64,000 nt of DNA from an uncultured Actinomycetes bacterium. Its GTDB lineage: Bacteria; Actinomycetota; Thermoleophilia; Miltoncostaeales; Miltoncostaeaceae. The notes under the pieces were generated by a model, which was given only the letters and a program-made list of their open reading frames with translations, searched no databases and was not told where the DNA came from. Positions 49,338-58,314 of this stretch are shown piece after piece. The stretch spans positions 2,078 to 66,077 of the forward strand of contig CAJAPZ010000082.1 in the NCBI GenBank assembly GCA_903943955.1, read 5' to 3'. Each line of letters begins with the position of its first letter. The stretch's first letter is position 1. The position numbers and the translations under genes were made by a program.

Positions 49338-49877
49338 GTGGTGTCCGGCCCATCCGGGGCTGGCAAGGGGACGCTCATCCGGGGCGCGCTTGAGCAGGTT
49401 CCCGCGCTGGCGGTGGCGGTGTCGTGCACCACGCGCGCAATGCGCCCCGGCGAGATTGACGGCCGCGAGTACCACTTCATGAGCCGCGCTGAGTTCGCCC
49501 GCCTGGTGGATCAGGGGGCATTCCTGGAACACGCTGAGTTCGCCGGAAACCGGTATGGCACGCTGGCCAGCGAACTGGACCGCATTCTCGACGGCGGGCG
49601 TTCGGTGATTCTCGAGATCGAATTGCAAGGCGCGCGCAACGTGCGGGCCCTTCGACCTGACTCGATCTCAATCTTCATCGCCCCGCCATCGCTTGAGGAA
49701 CTGGGGCGGCGCCTGCGTGAGCGCGCAACCGACGCCGATGAGGAGATCGCCGAGCGTCTTGAGGTCGCCCGCGTGGAGATGGGTGCCGAGTCGGAGTTCG
49801 ACCATCAGATCCTCAATGACGACGCCTCGCGCGCCACTCACGAGCTGGTGAAGATCATCCGGTCCGCAACGGCCTGA
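49338..49877 (+). CDS. gmk: guanylate kinase (true start possibly upstream at a non-canonical codon)
   Basis: P-loop SGPSGAGKGTL and the REGE-like REYHF region. The first canonical start, GTG 49338, leaves only one residue before the P-loop serine, while the in-frame upstream sequence encodes HRVF. Confidence 0.85.
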   Translation: MVSGPSGAGKGTLIRGALEQVPALAVAVSCTTRAMRPGEIDGREYHFMSRAEFARLVDQGAFLEHAEFAGNRYGTLASELDRILDGGRSVILEIELQGARNVRALRPDSISIFIAPPSLEELGRRLRERATDADEEIAERLEVARVEMGAESEFDHQILNDDASRATHELVKIIRSATA

Positions 49878-49934
49878 TCAGTTCTGCAACGCCACACGGA
49901 TGCGCGTGGGCGTAATTGGCGATAGCGTTTTCGA

Positions 49935-51155
49935 ATGGCCGAGATCCTTCTTGGGGTGACCGGCGGCATTGCCGCCTACAAGTCACTCGACGTCCTCCGC
50001 ATGCTGCAGCGCCACGGGCATGGTGTGAGCGTGGTGATGACCCACACCGCCGAGCGGTTTGTGGGGGCCGCGTCGTTCGCCGCGCTGTCACGGCGCGAGG
50101 TGGGCACCACGATGTTTGGCGATGACGATCAGCCGGGGTACCACCACCTCGATGTGAACGACGGCATGAACCTGATGCTGGTGGCACCGGCCTCGGCGAA
50201 CTCCATCGCCCAGATGGCCTCGGGGATGGCCACCAATCTGCTCACGTCCTGCTATCTCGCGTTCCGCGGGCCGGTGGTCGTGGCACCCGCCATGAACACC
50301 TCAATGTGGCTGCACCCCGCCACGCAGCGAAACATCGAATCCCTTCGTGCATTTGGCGTGCACATCATTGAACCCGAGAGCGGCCTGCTCGCCGATGGGG
50401 CCACCGGACCGGGTCGACTCGCAGAGCCCACCGTCATTGTGGATGCTGTTGAGTCGGTGCTTCGCGGGGTCTCCCACCATGGCGACCTCGCCGGCAATCA
50501 GGTATTGATTTCCGCTGGCGGAACCCGCGAACCGATCGATGCCGTGCGGTTTGTCGGCAACCGCTCGAGCGGTCGCATGGCATGGGCGCTGGCTGCCGCC
50601 GCCCACGACCGGGGTGCGGAGGTGACGGTGGTGCAGGCGAACGTTGACCTGCCTCGCGAGGAGGGCATCACCTACCTCGATGCGCCGACTGCCGCCGAGA
50701 TGCGAGAGGTATGCCGCGCGCAGTTCCCAGACACGGACATGCTCATCATGTGTGCCGCTGTGGCGGACTACCGCCCGGTAGACCAGCGGGCCGGCAAGCT
50801 CGACAAGTCGGCGGCAGATTCGCTGACGGTGCACATGGAGCGCACGACCGACATCCTCGCCGAACTCTCAGCGCTGCGCGACGAGCAGGTACTCGTAGGG
50901 TTTGCGGCCGAGCACGGGCCCGAGGGGCTCGAGCGGGCGCGCACGAAGCGCGTGCGTAAGGCGGTGGACATGGTGGTGCATAACGATGCCGCCGTGGACG
51001 GCGCGGCGTTTGAGGGACCCGACAACATCATCACCATCATCGGGCCCGGGGACGCCGAGGTGGCGCTGCCCCGGATGAGCAAGCGCCAGTGCGCCGACGC
51101 CATCCTGGATGCCGTGCTGCCACTCGTGAGTGGCGGAGCACCAGTCACCGCATAG
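49935..51155 (+). CDS. coaBC: bifunctional phosphopantothenoylcysteine decarboxylase / phosphopantothenate-cysteine ligase
   Basis: Flavoprotein N-terminus LLGVTGGIAAYK and C-terminal CoaB region ISAGGTREPIDAVRFVGNRSSG. Confidence 0.95.
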   Translation: MAEILLGVTGGIAAYKSLDVLRMLQRHGHGVSVVMTHTAERFVGAASFAALSRREVGTTMFGDDDQPGYHHLDVNDGMNLMLVAPASANSIAQMASGMATNLLTSCYLAFRGPVVVAPAMNTSMWLHPATQRNIESLRAFGVHIIEPESGLLADGATGPGRLAEPTVIVDAVESVLRGVSHHGDLAGNQVLISAGGTREPIDAVRFVGNRSSGRMAWALAAAAHDRGAEVTVVQANVDLPREEGITYLDAPTAAEMREVCRAQFPDTDMLIMCAAVADYRPVDQRAGKLDKSAADSLTVHMERTTDILAELSALRDEQVLVGFAAEHGPEGLERARTKRVRKAVDMVVHNDAAVDGAAFEGPDNIITIIGPGDAEVALPRMSKRQCADAILDAVLPLVSGGAPVTA

Positions 51156-51214
51156 GGGTTCGACCGGCGCCGTTCCCTCTGCGGCGGCCGAGGTCAGTGC
51201 GTACCATTGCGCCG

Positions 51215-51544
51215 ATGAGCGAGGTCGGCGCGTATGAACACTTTCAGCGGGGGAGTGAGCTCCTGGCATCCCGCGACTTTCACCAGGCTGCTCTGGCGCT
51301 GGAGATGGCCAAGCGGATAGAGCCGGACAAGGCGTCCATTCGTGAGGCACTCGGGCGGGCGTACCTCTCGGTGCGCGAGTACGCGAAGGCAGCCGAGGAG
51401 TTCGAGGTGGTGGCCGAGATCGCACCCACCGACCATTACGCGCAGTACTGCCTTGGCCGGGCGTATCGTGGCCTGGGCGATGGGGACCGTGCGGCCCGCG
51501 CCTTCGAACTGGCCAGGTGTCTCGGCTCGCCGCTCGTGCGTTAG
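51215..51544 (+). CDS. tetratricopeptide-repeat protein (109 aa)
   Basis: Three TPR-like helix pairs (ALALEMAKRIEPD, REYAKAAEEFEVVAEIAPTD, LGRAYRGLGDGDRAARAFELA). I trimmed it to ATG 51215. Confidence 0.6.
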   Translation: MSEVGAYEHFQRGSELLASRDFHQAALALEMAKRIEPDKASIREALGRAYLSVREYAKAAEEFEVVAEIAPTDHYAQYCLGRAYRGLGDGDRAARAFELARCLGSPLVR

Positions 51545-51601
51545 GCCATCTGCACCGCATGCTTGGAATGGCCCCGACCCCGGGGTCGCAGTACATGTGG
51601 C

Positions 51602-52054
51602 TTACGCGTCCGGCTCCCGGCCGTGCACCTGCATGCTGTCGGGGACATCGAACCCGAGCCGGAGGGCGCTCTCAAACGTCTCGTCCACGTAGGTGGAGAG
51701 CAGCCCGAGCAATCCGTCGAGCCCGGCAGCACCGAGCACTGACGTCTCTGCATCGGCGAGCAGCCACAGGTCGCCCGCATCGTCGAGCGCGAAGCGCCAC
51801 GAGCGCATTTCGAGGTTCTTCATGAGGAGACGGCGGAAGACCCCCTCGCGGTCCCGGTCCGGTCCGCGCATGAAGAACGCACGCAACAGCAGGGTGCGCT
51901 CGCCCACGTGCACCGCCACGGCGATGACCTCACGCTTGATGGTGGGAACGCGGATGGTCCAGTTGCGGTCGTCGACGCGCTCGTGGTCGACGCCGATCAT
52001 TCCGAGCCAGGTGTTGACGACTGCCGGTGCGCTGTCCACGTGGGCAACGTACAC
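51602..52054 (-). CDS. YbjN-domain (putative sensory-transduction regulator/chaperone-like) protein
   Basis: NWTIRVPTIKREVIAVAVHVGERTLLLRAFF...LLMKNLEM...FALDDAGDLWL pattern typical of YbjN/DUF1821-type proteins. Confidence 0.55.
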   Translation of the reverse strand: MYVAHVDSAPAVVNTWLGMIGVDHERVDDRNWTIRVPTIKREVIAVAVHVGERTLLLRAFFMRGPDRDREGVFRRLLMKNLEMRSWRFALDDAGDLWLLADAETSVLGAAGLDGLLGLLSTYVDETFESALRLGFDVPDSMQVHGREPDA

Positions 52055-52077
52055 CCGGGTGCTCGTACGATCGCGGA

Positions 52078-52536
52078 GTGCGGATTGTGCTTCAGCGCGT
52101 CTCGGGCGCCTCGGTCGTGGTGGGGGATGATTGCATCGCCTCCATCGGGCACGGACTCGTGGTGCTGGTGGGCGTCCAGGATGGCGATGACCTGGCGGTG
52201 GCGCGTCGCATGGCGTCGAAGGTGGCGAGACTGCGGGTATTTGCGAACGGCGAGCGGGGATTTGACCGCACCGTGTCCGAGGTGGAGGGTGCTGTGTTGG
52301 TTGTCAGTCAGTTCACGCTGATGGGGGATGTCCGGCGCGGCAATCGGCCATCGTGGACGGGGGCCGCCGCACCAGGTGTCGCCGCGCCGGTGGTGGAGGC
52401 CTTCGCCGAGGCACTTGAGACAGCGGGGATCGAGGTACAGCGTGGCCGCTTCGGCGCGATGATGGATGTGGCGCTCGTGAATGATGGCCCCGTGACTCTT
52501 GTGCTGGAGAGCGACGAGGTCGCCCCCTCCGCCTGA
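52078..52536 (+). CDS. dtd: D-aminoacyl-tRNA deacylase
   Basis: MRIVLQRV-type N-terminus (GTG 52078), SQFTL, and NDGPVTL. Confidence 0.9.
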   Translation: MRIVLQRVSGASVVVGDDCIASIGHGLVVLVGVQDGDDLAVARRMASKVARLRVFANGERGFDRTVSEVEGAVLVVSQFTLMGDVRRGNRPSWTGAAAPGVAAPVVEAFAEALETAGIEVQRGRFGAMMDVALVNDGPVTLVLESDEVAPSA

Positions 52537-52621
52537 CGGTCGACTGTGCGGTATTTCGGCCCGATTTGGCCCTGTGCTACCCTCGTGCGGTCGCCGGAGG
52601 GGAATGGCGACACCCGGAGGA

Positions 52622-52648
52622 GCGGGTCGAAAGACCCGCTTTTTCTTT
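52622..52648 (+). terminator. rho-independent terminator / possible attenuator upstream of rimP
   Basis: GCGGGUC-GAAA-GACCCGC perfect 7-bp stem followed by UUUUUCUUU. This is the only clean stem plus U-tract terminator I found in the window. Confidence 0.7.
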
Positions 52649-52683
52649 GGCATGAACCAAATCGGAGCACCCTGAAGACCACG

Positions 52684-53154
52684 TTGGCCACTGGTATCGA
52701 GAAGCAGGTGGAGGACCTCCTCGCACAGGAGCTCCCGGAGGTTGACCTTCGGGCGGCGACTGCGCGCGGTCGCGAGGGATCCGCTGTGCTGACCGTGTTC
52801 ATCGACCACCCTGATGGGGTGGACCATGAACTGTGCGTCAAGGTCACACGGGCCCTCGAGGGGGCCGGAATCCGGGATCGCTACGCGGTGGAGGTATCAT
52901 CACCGGGGCCGGAGCCGCCGCTCCGCGTGACCCGGCACTTCCTTGCCGCCGTGGGTGAGCAGGTCAAGTTGGTCGTCAAGCCGGGAACTCTCCCGGCCGG
53001 GGCGAAGTCGGTGTCGGGGACGCTGACCGGGGTGACCGAAGCGTCGCTCACGGTGGAGTCGTCGGCGGGTGTGGCGGTCGTGCCGCGTGACGCGGTGCGG
53101 GGTGCCCGGATGGTAAAGGTGCAATGTGGCGATGACGGCAGGAGCCTGAAGTGA
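52684..53154 (+). CDS. rimP: ribosome maturation factor RimP
   Basis: LTVFIDHPDGVDHELCVKVTRAL and AVEVSSPG motifs. A TTG 52684 start gives an N-terminus of the same length as E. coli RimP. The track start at GTG 52546 would read through the terminator. Confidence 0.75.
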   Translation: MATGIEKQVEDLLAQELPEVDLRAATARGREGSAVLTVFIDHPDGVDHELCVKVTRALEGAGIRDRYAVEVSSPGPEPPLRVTRHFLAAVGEQVKLVVKPGTLPAGAKSVSGTLTGVTEASLTVESSAGVAVVPRDAVRGARMVKVQCGDDGRSLK

Positions 53155-54701
53155 ACCGCGAGATCATCGAGGCGATCAAGCAGATCGAGCGCGAAAAGGG
53201 GATCAATTCAGAAATCCTCCTGGTGGCGCTTGAGGATGCTCTGCTCGCGGCGTACCGCAAGACGCCCGGTGCAGTTGAGTGGGCGCGCGTGGATATTGAT
53301 CGCGAAACCGGCGAAATGCAGGTAAATCGGCTGGTGCTCCCTGAGGGCGCCGAGCTGGTCACCCTCCCACGGCCTGAGCCAGAGATTCCCGAGGGAGTCG
53401 ATCCGGAGGAGTTTGAGCCGCCGCCGCCGGACATCGACTGGTCGGCCTATGGGCCCGAGCAGATCGAGCCAGTGAGCCTGACGACCGAGAACTTCGGCCG
53501 CATCGCGGCGCAGACCGCCAAACAGGTGGTGCTACAGCGTATTCGCGAGGCGGAGCGCGAGATGATGTACGACGAGTACGTCGATCGCGTGGGTGAGGTC
53601 GTCAACGGCATCATCCAGCAGAGCGATCACCGGTACACGCTTGTGGATCTGGGTCGCGTTGAGGCGCTTCTCCCTGCCAGCGAGCAGGTCCCGGGCGAGC
53701 GATACGACCACGGCGCCCGCATCAAGGCGGTCATCGTTGACGTGCGCGCAAGCAACAAGGGCCCGCAGGTCATTCTGAGTCGCCGCTCCGACGAGATCAT
53801 CAAGCGACTCTTCGAGCTTGAGGTTCCCGAGATCGCTGACGGTCTCGTGGAGATCCGCAACGTTGCCCGTGAGGCTGGATGGCGGTCAAAGATCGCCGTC
53901 ATCTCGAACGTGCAGGGCGTGGACCCCGTCGGTGCGTGCGTGGGCCCCCGCGGCTCACGCGTGCGCATGGTCGTTTCGGAGCTGCGCGGCGAGAAGATCG
54001 ACATCATCCCGTTTAACGACGAGCCCGCGCGCTACGTGGCCAAGGCGCTGTCGCCGGCCCGCGTGCGCGAGGTGCTTGTAGATGACGAGGCTCGGCAGGC
54101 GGTGGTCATCGTCCCCGACGACCAGCTCTCGCTGGCCATTGGCAAGGAGGGCATGAACGCCCGTCTGGCTGCCCGTCTCACCGGTTGGCGCATCGACATC
54201 AAGAGTGAGTCCACGTTCGCCTCGGAGGAGGAGAACAGCGATTACGCCGACGAACTTGAGGGTGGGGTCGCGCGGTGCGCCTTCATTCTCCAGAATGGTC
54301 GCCGCTGCCCCAATGCTGTGCTGTCGGGTACGCGCTACTGCGCACTGGAGGGGCACACCGCCGAGGCGTCGGCCGCCAACATGGAGGCCTTTGAGGCCGC
54401 CCAGGCTGCGGGCACGATCGTGGCGGACGACGTCCGGTTTGAGTCCGATGCTGAACTTGAATCCGAGGTTATGGCTGAGGTCGAGGCCGAGGTGCTCGCC
54501 ACCGATGGCGACGCCAGCGCTCTGGGGGATGCGCCGGTAGTGGGGGAGGTCGTCACAGAAGAGGCCGTCATCGCGGCTGACGCTGTGGCCGAAATTCCTG
54601 TTGCCAGTGAGGTCACCGCCGATGAGGTCGTGGCCACCGAGATCGTCTCGGATGAGACCGTGGCCGATGAGGTCAGTTCCGAGGAGGCTGCGGACGAGTG
54701 A
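53151..54701 (+). CDS. nusA: transcription termination/antitermination factor NusA with Cys-rich and acidic C-terminal extension
   Basis: N-terminus [18 protein letters not shown], then S1 and two KH regions ([10 protein letters not shown]..., [11 protein letters not shown]). The extra ~150 aa are described in the findings. Confidence 0.95.
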   Translation: MNREIIEAIKQIEREKGINSEILLVALEDALLAAYRKTPGAVEWARVDIDRETGEMQVNRLVLPEGAELVTLPRPEPEIPEGVDPEEFEPPPPDIDWSAYGPEQIEPVSLTTENFGRIAAQTAKQVVLQRIREAEREMMYDEYVDRVGEVVNGIIQQSDHRYTLVDLGRVEALLPASEQVPGERYDHGARIKAVIVDVRASNKGPQVILSRRSDEIIKRLFELEVPEIADGLVEIRNVAREAGWRSKIAVISNVQGVDPVGACVGPRGSRVRMVVSELRGEKIDIIPFNDEPARYVAKALSPARVREVLVDDEARQAVVIVPDDQLSLAIGKEGMNARLAARLTGWRIDIKSESTFASEEENSDYADELEGGVARCAFILQNGRRCPNAVLSGTRYCALEGHTAEASAANMEAFEAAQAAGTIVADDVRFESDAELESEVMAEVEAEVLATDGDASALGDAPVVGEVVTEEAVIAADAVAEIPVASEVTADEVVATEIVSDETVADEVSSEEAADE

Positions 54702-54708
54702 TTCCGCT

Positions 54709-54987
54709 TTGCCCACGCCGCACGTTCCCGAGCGCATGTGCGCCGGGTGCGGACGTCGTGCGCCCAAGGGCGACCTGGCGCGTTTCACGCCCGTGCGTGA
54801 TGATGACGAGCTGGTCGCGGTGCGCGACGACAAGGCGGTGCGGGCGGGCAGGGGTATCTATACGTGCAGGTCACGTGAGTGCTTCGATCGGGCTGTGGAA
54901 CGGCGGGGCTTCGCGCGCGGCGCACGGGGCAAGGTGAGGGTCGACGTGACGATGGCGGACGAGCTGGGCGACGAGAGGCACGGATGA
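54709..54987 (+). CDS. ylxR: YlxR-family (DUF448) RNA-binding protein
   Basis: ERMCAGCGRRAPKGDLARF...GRGIYTC, located between nusA and infB. The start is TTG 54709 or ATG 54736. Confidence 0.75.
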   Translation: MPTPHVPERMCAGCGRRAPKGDLARFTPVRDDDELVAVRDDKAVRAGRGIYTCRSRECFDRAVERRGFARGARGKVRVDVTMADELGDERHG

Positions 54988-57908
54988 GCACCAAGAAGAG
55001 GGTCTACGAGATCGCGAAGGAGGAGGGGTTGCCGAGCGCCAGCGTGCTCGCGCGTCTCCAGCGGGGTGGTCTCGACGTAAAGACGGCCTCGTCGACGGTG
55101 GATGAGGACTGGGCACTGCACCTCCTGTCACCCAACCGCCACCCGAAGCCGGATGGCGAGATGCCTCAGCCGCCGCCGCCGAGGAAGAAGGCCGCCCCGA
55201 AGAAGACCGAGCCGGTGGAGGAGCCCCCGGTTGTCGAGGCGACACCCGTGGCGACCACTCCGCCCGCCGCTCCGGTGGCCAAGAAGGCCGTCCCGGCTCC
55301 TGCCGCACCGGTCGATCCGGTTGCCGCCGAGCCGGTCGCCGCCCCGACCGAACCAGCCCAGCCAGTTGCGGCCGCTCCGCCAAAGCCGCCAGCGGTGAAG
55401 ACGCCCGCCGCCGAGCCGCTCGCACCTGCGGAGCAGCCCGCGGCAGTTGCGCCCGTTGTGGCCGCGGAGCCGGTGCCTGCGGTTTCGGCCCCCGTCGTGG
55501 CCGATGCGCCCGTCAGCGAGACACCTGCAGACGAGATGCCAGACGCCGATGCGTCTGGCACGACGACGCCGGCTGCTGTAACCCCGGCTGCAGACACGCC
55601 CGCAGTAGAGACGACTGCAACAGAGACGCCCGCGACAGAAAAGCCTGTCGCCGGGAAGCCGAAGGGACAAGAGCGGATCCCGCCCAAGCGTGCACCCGAG
55701 AAGATCGTGCTGCCGGCGCCCCGTCGCGATTCCCCGCCGCCGCCCCCGCCGCCGAGGAGTGGTCCTGCAGGCGGTTCCGCGGCCGGCGGGACCTCTGGTG
55801 GTGCGCGCGACGCCGGTGGCGCCCGTGACCCCGGTGGTACCAGTGGCCCGGGTGGCAACAGCGGGCCTCCGGGATCGGGCGCACCGGGCGACCGCGGCCG
55901 GTCGGGCACGCTCCCACCCCGCGGAACGGGTGGTATCGGCCGTCCCGGCGGCGGCGCTGCCCGGGGCCGCAAGCGCCGTGTGGTGATCGATGCGCAGGCA
56001 AGTCGCCGTCAGGGCGGTGGCCCGCGTGATCGTGGTGGCCGTCGCGGGCAGCGCCAGGATCAGTCGGACCAGTCGCTGCTGCCGGAGATCAACCCGGCAG
56101 ACATGCCACCGGCTGAGATCCGGTCGGGCGGGACGGTCAAGGATGTCGCTGAGGGTCTCGGCATTCCCACCGCACAGATCATCAAGTTTCTTATGACCAT
56201 GGGCGAGCTGGCGACCATCACACAGTCGCTGTCGGACGAGGCCATTGAGCTCATCGCTGCCGACATTGAGCGCAGGGTCATCATCATCCACGCCGAGGAG
56301 GAGCCCGACCTCGAGACGGTGTTCGACGACGACCCTGCGGCGCTCGTCGCGCGGGCCCCGGTGGTGACGGTGATGGGGCACGTTGACCACGGAAAGACGT
56401 CGCTGCTCGACGCGGTGCGTCGTACCGAGGTGGCCGCAGGTGAGGCCGGCGGAATTACGCAGCACATTGGGGCCTACCAGGTGCACCATGGCGCACGCGA
56501 AGTCACGTTTCTCGATACCCCGGGCCACGAGGCGTTTACAGCTATGCGTGCGCGCGGCGCCAAGATCACCGACGTGGCCATCATTGTGGTGGCGGCCGAT
56601 GACGGCGTGATGCCGCAGACCATCGAGGCGATTGACCATGCGAGGGCGGCTGACGTGCCGTTCGTCGTGGCCATCAACAAGATGGACAAGGAGAACGCCA
56701 ACCCCGACAAGGTGAAGCAGGAATTCGCCAGCCGAGACGTGATTCCGTCGGATTGGGGTGGTACCACCGAGTTCGTCAACGTCTCCGCGCACAGTGGCCT
56801 CGGGCTGGATGACCTCCTCGAGACGGTGCTGCTCGTGGCCGACGCCGACGCTGAGCCCAAAGCGAATCCGACTCCCGAGGCATCGGGCACCGTGGTGGAG
56901 TCGCGACTCGACTCAGGCCGTGGCCCCGTGTGCACCCTGTTGGTGCAACGCGGCACGATGCGTATCGGCGACATTCTCGTGGTGGGCGAGACATTCGGCC
57001 GCGTGCGGGCGATGCTCGACTACAACGGTGAGGCGATGGTCACGGCCGGGCCGTCCGTACCGGTAGAGATTCTCGGTCTCGACGGGGTCCCCGCTGCGGG
57101 TGAGAAGTTCCGCGTGGTAGAGAACGAGCGGCTCGCGCGCCAGATTGCAGCAACCCGCAGTCAGCGTCTGCGTGCGGAGGATCTGGCAAACCGGCGACCG
57201 GTGTCGCTGGAGGACCTGTTCGCCCGTATTTCTGAGGGTGGGCTCAAAGAGCTCAACATCATCATCAAGGGTGATGTGCAGGGTTCGGTGGGTGCACTTG
57301 CCGACGCCCTCAACAAGGTTGAGCAAACCGAGGTCCGGCTGCGAATCATCCACACTGGTGTGGGTGCCGTCACCGAGTCGGATGTCAACCTTGCGTCCGC
57401 ATCACAGGCGATCATCATCGGGTTTAACGTCCGCCCGAGGCCCGAGGCCAAGATGTTGGCCGAGCGCGAGGGCGTGGACGTACGGACCTACCGCGTGATC
57501 TACCGCGCCATCGAAGACGTGCGCGACGCGCTTGTGGGCTTGCTTGAGCCGGACATCGTGGAGGAGCCCATGGGCGCCCTTGAGGTGCGCGCCATCTTCA
57601 GGGCGAGCCGCCTTGGAACCATCGCCGGCTGTTATGTCACCGACGGGCTGGCCAAGCGCGGAGCGGATTGCCGCCTTGTGCGTGACGGCACGGTGGTGCA
57701 CGTGGGCAAGATCGGTTCGATCCGTCGCGTGGATGACGACGTGCGCGAGGTCCAGCAGGGCTTCGAGTGCGGCGTGCTCATCGATGATTTCAATGACGTC
57801 AAGGAAGGCGACGTGATCGAGGTCTTCGAGCTCAAGGAGGTCGCGCGCACCGCGCAGGCCGCCACGGCCCCGCCCGGTCCCGTCACGCCCACTCCGGCGT
57901 CCGAGTAG
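54984..57908 (+). CDS. infB: translation initiation factor IF-2
   Basis: N-terminal MSTKKRVYEIAKE domain, a Pro/Ala/Gly-rich linker, and G domain motifs MGHVDHGKTSLLD, DTPGHEAF and NKMD. The ATG overlaps the ylxR stop. Confidence 0.95.
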   Translation: MSTKKRVYEIAKEEGLPSASVLARLQRGGLDVKTASSTVDEDWALHLLSPNRHPKPDGEMPQPPPPRKKAAPKKTEPVEEPPVVEATPVATTPPAAPVAKKAVPAPAAPVDPVAAEPVAAPTEPAQPVAAAPPKPPAVKTPAAEPLAPAEQPAAVAPVVAAEPVPAVSAPVVADAPVSETPADEMPDADASGTTTPAAVTPAADTPAVETTATETPATEKPVAGKPKGQERIPPKRAPEKIVLPAPRRDSPPPPPPPRSGPAGGSAAGGTSGGARDAGGARDPGGTSGPGGNSGPPGSGAPGDRGRSGTLPPRGTGGIGRPGGGAARGRKRRVVIDAQASRRQGGGPRDRGGRRGQRQDQSDQSLLPEINPADMPPAEIRSGGTVKDVAEGLGIPTAQIIKFLMTMGELATITQSLSDEAIELIAADIERRVIIIHAEEEPDLETVFDDDPAALVARAPVVTVMGHVDHGKTSLLDAVRRTEVAAGEAGGITQHIGAYQVHHGAREVTFLDTPGHEAFTAMRARGAKITDVAIIVVAADDGVMPQTIEAIDHARAADVPFVVAINKMDKENANPDKVKQEFASRDVIPSDWGGTTEFVNVSAHSGLGLDDLLETVLLVADADAEPKANPTPEASGTVVESRLDSGRGPVCTLLVQRGTMRIGDILVVGETFGRVRAMLDYNGEAMVTAGPSVPVEILGLDGVPAAGEKFRVVENERLARQIAATRSQRLRAEDLANRRPVSLEDLFARISEGGLKELNIIIKGDVQGSVGALADALNKVEQTEVRLRIIHTGVGAVTESDVNLASASQAIIIGFNVRPRPEAKMLAEREGVDVRTYRVIYRAIEDVRDALVGLLEPDIVEEPMGALEVRAIFRASRLGTIAGCYVTDGLAKRGADCRLVRDGTVVHVGKIGSIRRVDDDVREVQQGFECGVLIDDFNDVKEGDVIEVFELKEVARTAQAATAPPGPVTPTPASE

Positions 57909-57924
57909 CGGGACGGCCCGCCTG

Positions 57925-58314
57925 ATGGGGGCGCCGCGTCAGCGGCAGCGGCGGGCCAATGAGGCCATCCGCGAGGTGGTGGGCCAGGCCCTCCTCACGG
58001 AGCTGTCGGACCCCCGCCTGCAGATGGTCACCATCACCGCGGTGGAGAGCAGCCCTGATCTTGGTCGGGCAAAGGTGTACTGGACCGCGCTCGACCCGAA
58101 GCGCGTCGAGGGTGCGGGTGCGGCACTTGAGGCCGCTCGCGGGCTTCTGCAGGGCCGCGTCGCCCGCGTGCTCAAGTCGCGGCTCACACCGCATCTGGTC
58201 TTCGTGCATGACGGCCTCCAGGACGAGGCCCGTCGCCTCACCGAACTCATCGACCGGGTTGCCCCCGACGGGCCGCTACCAGACCCGGAACCCGAACCGG
58301 ACCCGCAGCCGTGA
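57925..58314 (+). CDS. rbfA: ribosome-binding factor A
   Basis: RANEAIREVVGQALL...DPRL..VTITAVESSPDLGRAKVYW. Confidence 0.9.
   Translation: MGAPRQRQRRANEAIREVVGQALLTELSDPRLQMVTITAVESSPDLGRAKVYWTALDPKRVEGAGAALEAARGLLQGRVARVLKSRLTPHLVFVHDGLQDEARRLTELIDRVAPDGPLPDPEPEPDPQP

Noticed and set aside
49878-49934. Searched for rpoZ between gmk and coaBC, where actinobacteria normally have it
   Set aside because: The spacer is only 57 nt and no small ORF fits. I recorded this as a synteny observation instead.
51575-51588. Perfect 14-nt palindrome CGACCCCGGGGTCG between the convergent TPR and YbjN-like genes
   Set aside because: It probably forms just a short bidirectional hairpin (5-bp stem, CCGG loop) with no U-tract. 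It is too small to support more than a weak terminator guess.
55128-56792. 554-aa minus-strand ORF antisense to infB
   Set aside because: The sense strand encodes the IF-2 G domain with all GTPase motifs. The antisense product is Arg/Gly/Leu/His-rich repeats mirroring the Pro/Ala linker.
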